A model generated the notes under the pieces. It saw only the letters and a program-made list of their open reading frames with translations, did not search any database and was not told the DNA's origin. Positions 61,142-64,000 of a stretch of 64,000 nt of DNA are shown piece after piece. A program made the translations under genes and the position numbers. The DNA comes from Candidatus Saccharimonadota bacterium (GTDB lineage: Bacteria > Patescibacteriota > Saccharimonadia > Saccharimonadales > Saccharimonadaceae): the NCBI GenBank assembly GCA_037129535.1, contig JBAXUT010000003.1, forward strand, positions 7,037 through 71,036, in the 5' to 3' direction. Position 1 is the first letter of the stretch; each line of letters opens with the position of its first letter.

Positions 61142-61867
61142 ATGATAAAAAAGAATTATAAATATCAGATAAAATTAGATATTGATAAAGATTCTTGGAA
61201 TTGGTATGACGGTTGTAATTCTGATTGTTTTGGTATCGATTGTTGTGAAGGGTTGCCTCTCGAAGTTGTGGCCAAAATAAAAGGCCAGCCTAAACGTAAA
61301 GCATATAGTTTTTTAGATTCTTTTTTGAAACAAAAATACATTGACGAAAAATCTCAGATTGATGATTATACTGATTCTCTAGATAAAAGATTTCAACAAT
61401 CTTTCCAAAGTGCGTGCGATAAAATGGTCGCAGTTATTGGACGGCCACTATATCGTGATGACTTTACAATATATCTGACGACTTTCCCCAGATGCCCTTA
61501 TCATTATGAGATAGGAGCAGTTTATGAATTTATAGGTTGGAAGGGTTCGTTAGAAACTTTTTTACATGAATTATGTCATTTCCAATTTATACATTATTGG
61601 TATAAAAACCCGAAATCACCAATCTCAAAACTAAGCTATGAAGATTTTGATTATCTAAAAGAGTCGTTGACCATGATATTGGACGCAGATTTTTATCCAT
61701 TGATTAGTAAGCCCGATAATGGCTACCCTATGCACAAAAAGTTTCGTGGCGAATTAACCAAATTTTGGGATACTAATAAAAACTTTGATGAATTAGTGGA
61801 TTTTGGGTTAAAGATTTTGCCTAAATTTTTAGCTGCCGTTGACCAGGCCGACGATCTGAAAAATTAG
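61142..61867 (+). CDS. HExxH-motif protein, paralog 2
   Basis: FLHELCHFQF and YLKESLT, collinear with 57433-58158. Its last 11 residues (AAVDQADDLKN) come from the 39-bp repeat and match the kinase C-terminus (AAADQADDLKN). Confidence 0.5.
   Translation: MIKKNYKYQIKLDIDKDSWNWYDGCNSDCFGIDCCEGLPLEVVAKIKGQPKRKAYSFLDSFLKQKYIDEKSQIDDYTDSLDKRFQQSFQSACDKMVAVIGRPLYRDDFTIYLTTFPRCPYHYEIGAVYEFIGWKGSLETFLHELCHFQFIHYWYKNPKSPISKLSYEDFDYLKESLTMILDADFYPLISKPDNGYPMHKKFRGELTKFWDTNKNFDELVDFGLKILPKFLAAVDQADDLKN
61829..61867 (+). repeat. 39-bp direct repeat, copy 2
   Basis: TTAGCTGCCGTTGACCAGGCCGACGATCTGAAAAATTAG, exactly 740 bp downstream of copy 1. Confidence 0.85.
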
Positions 61868-62050
61868 AATAATCACAAATAATACGATGCCAGATGTTAT
61901 TAAAACTGGTTTTAGAATTTTCTTGCGTTCAAACCAAAACTGCCCGATTTTTGACCTTTGGACGGCCGCGATACGGGTAATAACAGGTTTGGTGATGGCT
62001 GCATCGACGCCAGTGTAGACTTTGTTTCGTTTCTTTTTATTCTTGCTCAT
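61829..62050 (-). CDS. small basic single-pass membrane protein (73 aa)
   Basis: Lys-rich N-terminus, one TM helix, and a reverse-strand TATAAT (62057-62062) 6 nt before the ATG. Its 3' end overlaps the 39-bp repeat. Confidence 0.4.
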   Translation of the reverse strand: MSKNKKKRNKVYTGVDAAITKPVITRIAAVQRSKIGQFWFERKKILKPVLITSGIVLFVIILIFQIVGLVNGS

Positions 62051-62295
62051 AGTTACATTATAGCACCTGGGCTACGAGTAGATTATAGATTTTGGATTTT
62101 AGATTATAGTATAAATCGCAGGGGTAGATAGGTAGAGGGGGATTGAATATTCAGGGTTAAATCAGCCCTTCATCCGGTTTTATCTATGAATTTTAAGCTT
62201 GTAAAATACAGTGTTTTATGATATTATTTAATATAACAAGCGTAAATATTTATGCGCATGTTTTTTGCACTTTTATATTAAAGGAGTTGATATTA

Positions 62296-62979
62296 TTGGC
62301 ACGCAATTTGGAGTTGAGCCGGCTGCACCATAAACTTATGGACGCAAGGTTCGATAAAGATAAGCAAAAGAGAAAAGTCTGCAACTTGTATGACAAGTTA
62401 AAGATATCAAGACAAGAAAGCCAACCAAGCATTGATTATCTAGATGAAGAACACGACAAGATTTTCAAGAAAATGCACGAGGCATACGAGATGTCATCAG
62501 TGGCATATGAACGTGGTGACATCAAGAGAGGGCTAAAGTATAGCAAGAAAGGTCGTCGCAATGAGGCTACGCTTGGCAATATTATCGAGGCAAGGCGTCG
62601 GTTTACAATCCCACTCAAAGAGATGGGGGCGAATCTAGCTCAGGAAAAAGCTATATTAAATCGCCTTAGGGCAAGAGTTGCCGAGATTAGGTGCGATTTT
62701 CACGATTGGATGAAGATAATGAATTTTGTCTTTCGAAATCAGGAGGAGATCGCATATAATGCGGGCGTGCCGGCGGAGTTTTTGCGTAATATGAGGGTAG
62801 AGCTTCATGATGATAAATCGGTTCATCTACTTTTCGGAGGTGACAGCGGTCCCTTGGGCAAGCACCATGCTCATTATGTAGTGTATCCGGATGGGTTTGT
62901 TAGTTATGACCGTGACCCAAATGCGCCACATGGCCCTCAAAACTTTAATACCAGAGTAGCAAAAAAGACCAGTTCATAA
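62296..62979 (+). CDS. hypothetical coiled-coil protein
   Basis: AAGGAG Shine-Dalgarno 9 nt before the in-frame TTG 62296 (ATG 62338 is an alternative start). The helical N-terminal half loosely resembles DUF1771-type regions. The C-terminal half has no motif I recognise. Confidence 0.4.
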   Translation: MARNLELSRLHHKLMDARFDKDKQKRKVCNLYDKLKISRQESQPSIDYLDEEHDKIFKKMHEAYEMSSVAYERGDIKRGLKYSKKGRRNEATLGNIIEARRRFTIPLKEMGANLAQEKAILNRLRARVAEIRCDFHDWMKIMNFVFRNQEEIAYNAGVPAEFLRNMRVELHDDKSVHLLFGGDSGPLGKHHAHYVVYPDGFVSYDRDPNAPHGPQNFNTRVAKKTSS

Positions 62980-62990
62980 CTGGTCTTTTT
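62961..62990 (+). terminator. hairpin terminator overlapping the stop codon
   Basis: AAAAAAGACCAGTT-CATA-ACTGGTCTTTTT. Confidence 0.7.
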
Positions 62991-63000
62991 ATTTGGATAT

Positions 63001-63033
63001 AAAACAACCCCGCCATTATGGCGGGGTTGTTTT
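63001..63033. terminator. GC-rich hairpin terminator (serves the convergent LPXTG gene or both)
   Basis: AAAACAACCCCGCC-ATTAT-GGCGGGGTTGTTTT. Confidence 0.7.
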
Positions 63034-63071
63034 GGTCTGAATCGCTTCAGATGGGAGCGGTCAGACTCTTG

Positions 63072-64000
63072 TTATTTAACTGTTACGCGGCGACTAGCAA
63101 TGTAATAACTAATGCTGGTAACCAATGCACCAAGACCTAGGAATGCGGCGATATTATCACCGGCACCTGTTACGGGCAATTTTTCTGGCGTAACTGTTGT
63201 CGTTGGCGTGGTTGGAGGTGTGACTGGTTTGTCTACACATCGTGCGTCACCTACAGGTATGCTTGGTTTACATTCTTTTGGCTTTTCTGCGCATTTTTTT
63301 GTGACACTAACATTGGCGGTATCATTATGAGATACATTGCCAATTGTGACTTCTGCGGTATTGACTAATTTGTTAACGCCGCAGTTTTTTAGATCTTCGT
63401 TATTAGCGATTTTTGCGCTAAATGTGACCTTAGCGTTTGCGCCAGCAGCATAAGAACCGATGTTGATGCCAATGCCATTAGCTATATTATCGCTTGCCTT
63501 GACACCATACGGAGTCTTGGAATTAAAATAGGTTGTTGAACCAGTTACGTAAGTTTCGCCAGCAGGCAACGTATCACGGAAGGTGACGTTGTTGTGCTGC
63601 ACTTGGCCTACGTTGTCATATTCAACCATATAATCTACTGTTTCACCTGGTTGGGCTGTGTAATTTTCCACCCATTGTTTCAAACCTTTTTTGCTGACTT
63701 TTTTGCTGACTGTGAAGTTTGAGGTTTTGGCAAATTGTGGCTTGACAGTAAATGTAATATAGCCGGCATATTGGAAGCAGCCAGGTATTTTACCATCTAA
63801 TTTACTGTAGCCTAGTTTTGCGCCGGTGCTAGTAAATATACTTTCGGGCAATGCAACGCCTTTTGCGCCAAACGCATTGTTTTCATATTTCAGACTGTTT
63901 GCAACATACGCTAGGTTAAAATCATTGCCGCTTTTAAAGGTGGCGTGATCATAAACTTCGTTAGGAGTTGCGTTGTCTGCACTGAGAAAACCATTGACTT
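63072..64000 (-). CDS. LPXTG-anchored cell-surface protein (5' end lies beyond the window)
   Basis: C-terminal LPVTG, hydrophobic helix and RRVTVK tail. DUF11-like motif TFRDTLPAGETYVTGS. The reading frame stays open upstream of the track start (TTG 63851) to position 64000. Confidence 0.7.
   Translation of the reverse strand, partial: VNGFLSADNATPNEVYDHATFKSGNDFNLAYVANSLKYENNAFGAKGVALPESIFTSTGAKLGYSKLDGKIPGCFQYAGYITFTVKPQFAKTSNFTVSKKVSKKGLKQWVENYTAQPGETVDYMVEYDNVGQVQHNNVTFRDTLPAGETYVTGSTTYFNSKTPYGVKASDNIANGIGINIGSYAAGANAKVTFSAKIANNEDLKNCGVNKLVNTAEVTIGNVSHNDTANVSVTKKCAEKPKECKPSIPVGDARCVDKPVTPPTTPTTTVTPEKLPVTGAGDNIAAFLGLGALVTSISYYIASRRVTVK

Noticed and set aside
1-64000. Search by eye for defence systems, toxin-antitoxin pairs, CRISPR-Cas, restriction-modification, rRNA operons, and tmRNA/RNase P/SRP RNAs
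   Set aside because: I found no motif-level evidence for any of these in this window. Intergenic regions longer than 150 nt are accounted for by promoters, terminators, the repeat families and the tRNA-linked elements described above. The exception is the 27935-28226 leader, which is listed as a low-confidence finding.

Overview
Compact, moderately AT-rich 64-kb chromosomal window with about 70 genes and short intergenic spacers. By inference from gene content only, it looks like a reduced-genome, Gram-positive-like Candidate Phyla Radiation bacterium (Saccharibacteria/TM7-like). Housekeeping genes: dnaJ behind a CIRCE operator, ruvC, ruvAB, recA-recX, yebC, tsaE-tsaB, RNase Y, folD, greA, comEC and phosphoketolase. 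Cell-wall genes: an HTH-fused murA, murB, murT-gatD, uppP and an M15 D-Ala-D-Ala peptidase. An LPXTG surface protein runs off the right edge. There are two type IV pilus loci: a pilB-pilC-pilM-pilN-pilO operon (24691 down to 18563) and a pilin/pseudopilin operon (44374 down to 40790) that includes a 733-aa pilin-like putative adhesin. Eight tRNA genes are present, all with encoded CCA. I saw no rRNA, CRISPR, prophage or recognisable defence genes. What stands out: (1) a family of conserved, structured 130-210-nt elements behind four tRNA genes, each carrying an interrupted pseudo-copy of the 3' half of its own tRNA; one copy lies in a 2.8-kb segment bracketed by two identical tRNA-Arg(UCU) genes. 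(2) Three consecutive ATP-grasp ligase genes, including rimK and a RimK-like/helical/retropepsin-like (RimB-type) fusion. (3) A LuxI-like acyltransferase gene embedded in a two-component system and flanked by two paralogous HExxH proteins, the second bracketed by 39-bp direct repeats. (4) A RAYT (IS200-like Y1 transposase) flanked by inverted REP hairpins, plus dispersed REP copies. (5) A second palindromic repeat family. (6) Pervasive leaderless promoter architecture, with a -10 box 5-7 nt before the start codon. (7) Two frameshifted genes (GH10 xylanase-like and Asp/Glu racemase). All functional calls come from reading motifs by eye; no database search was run.
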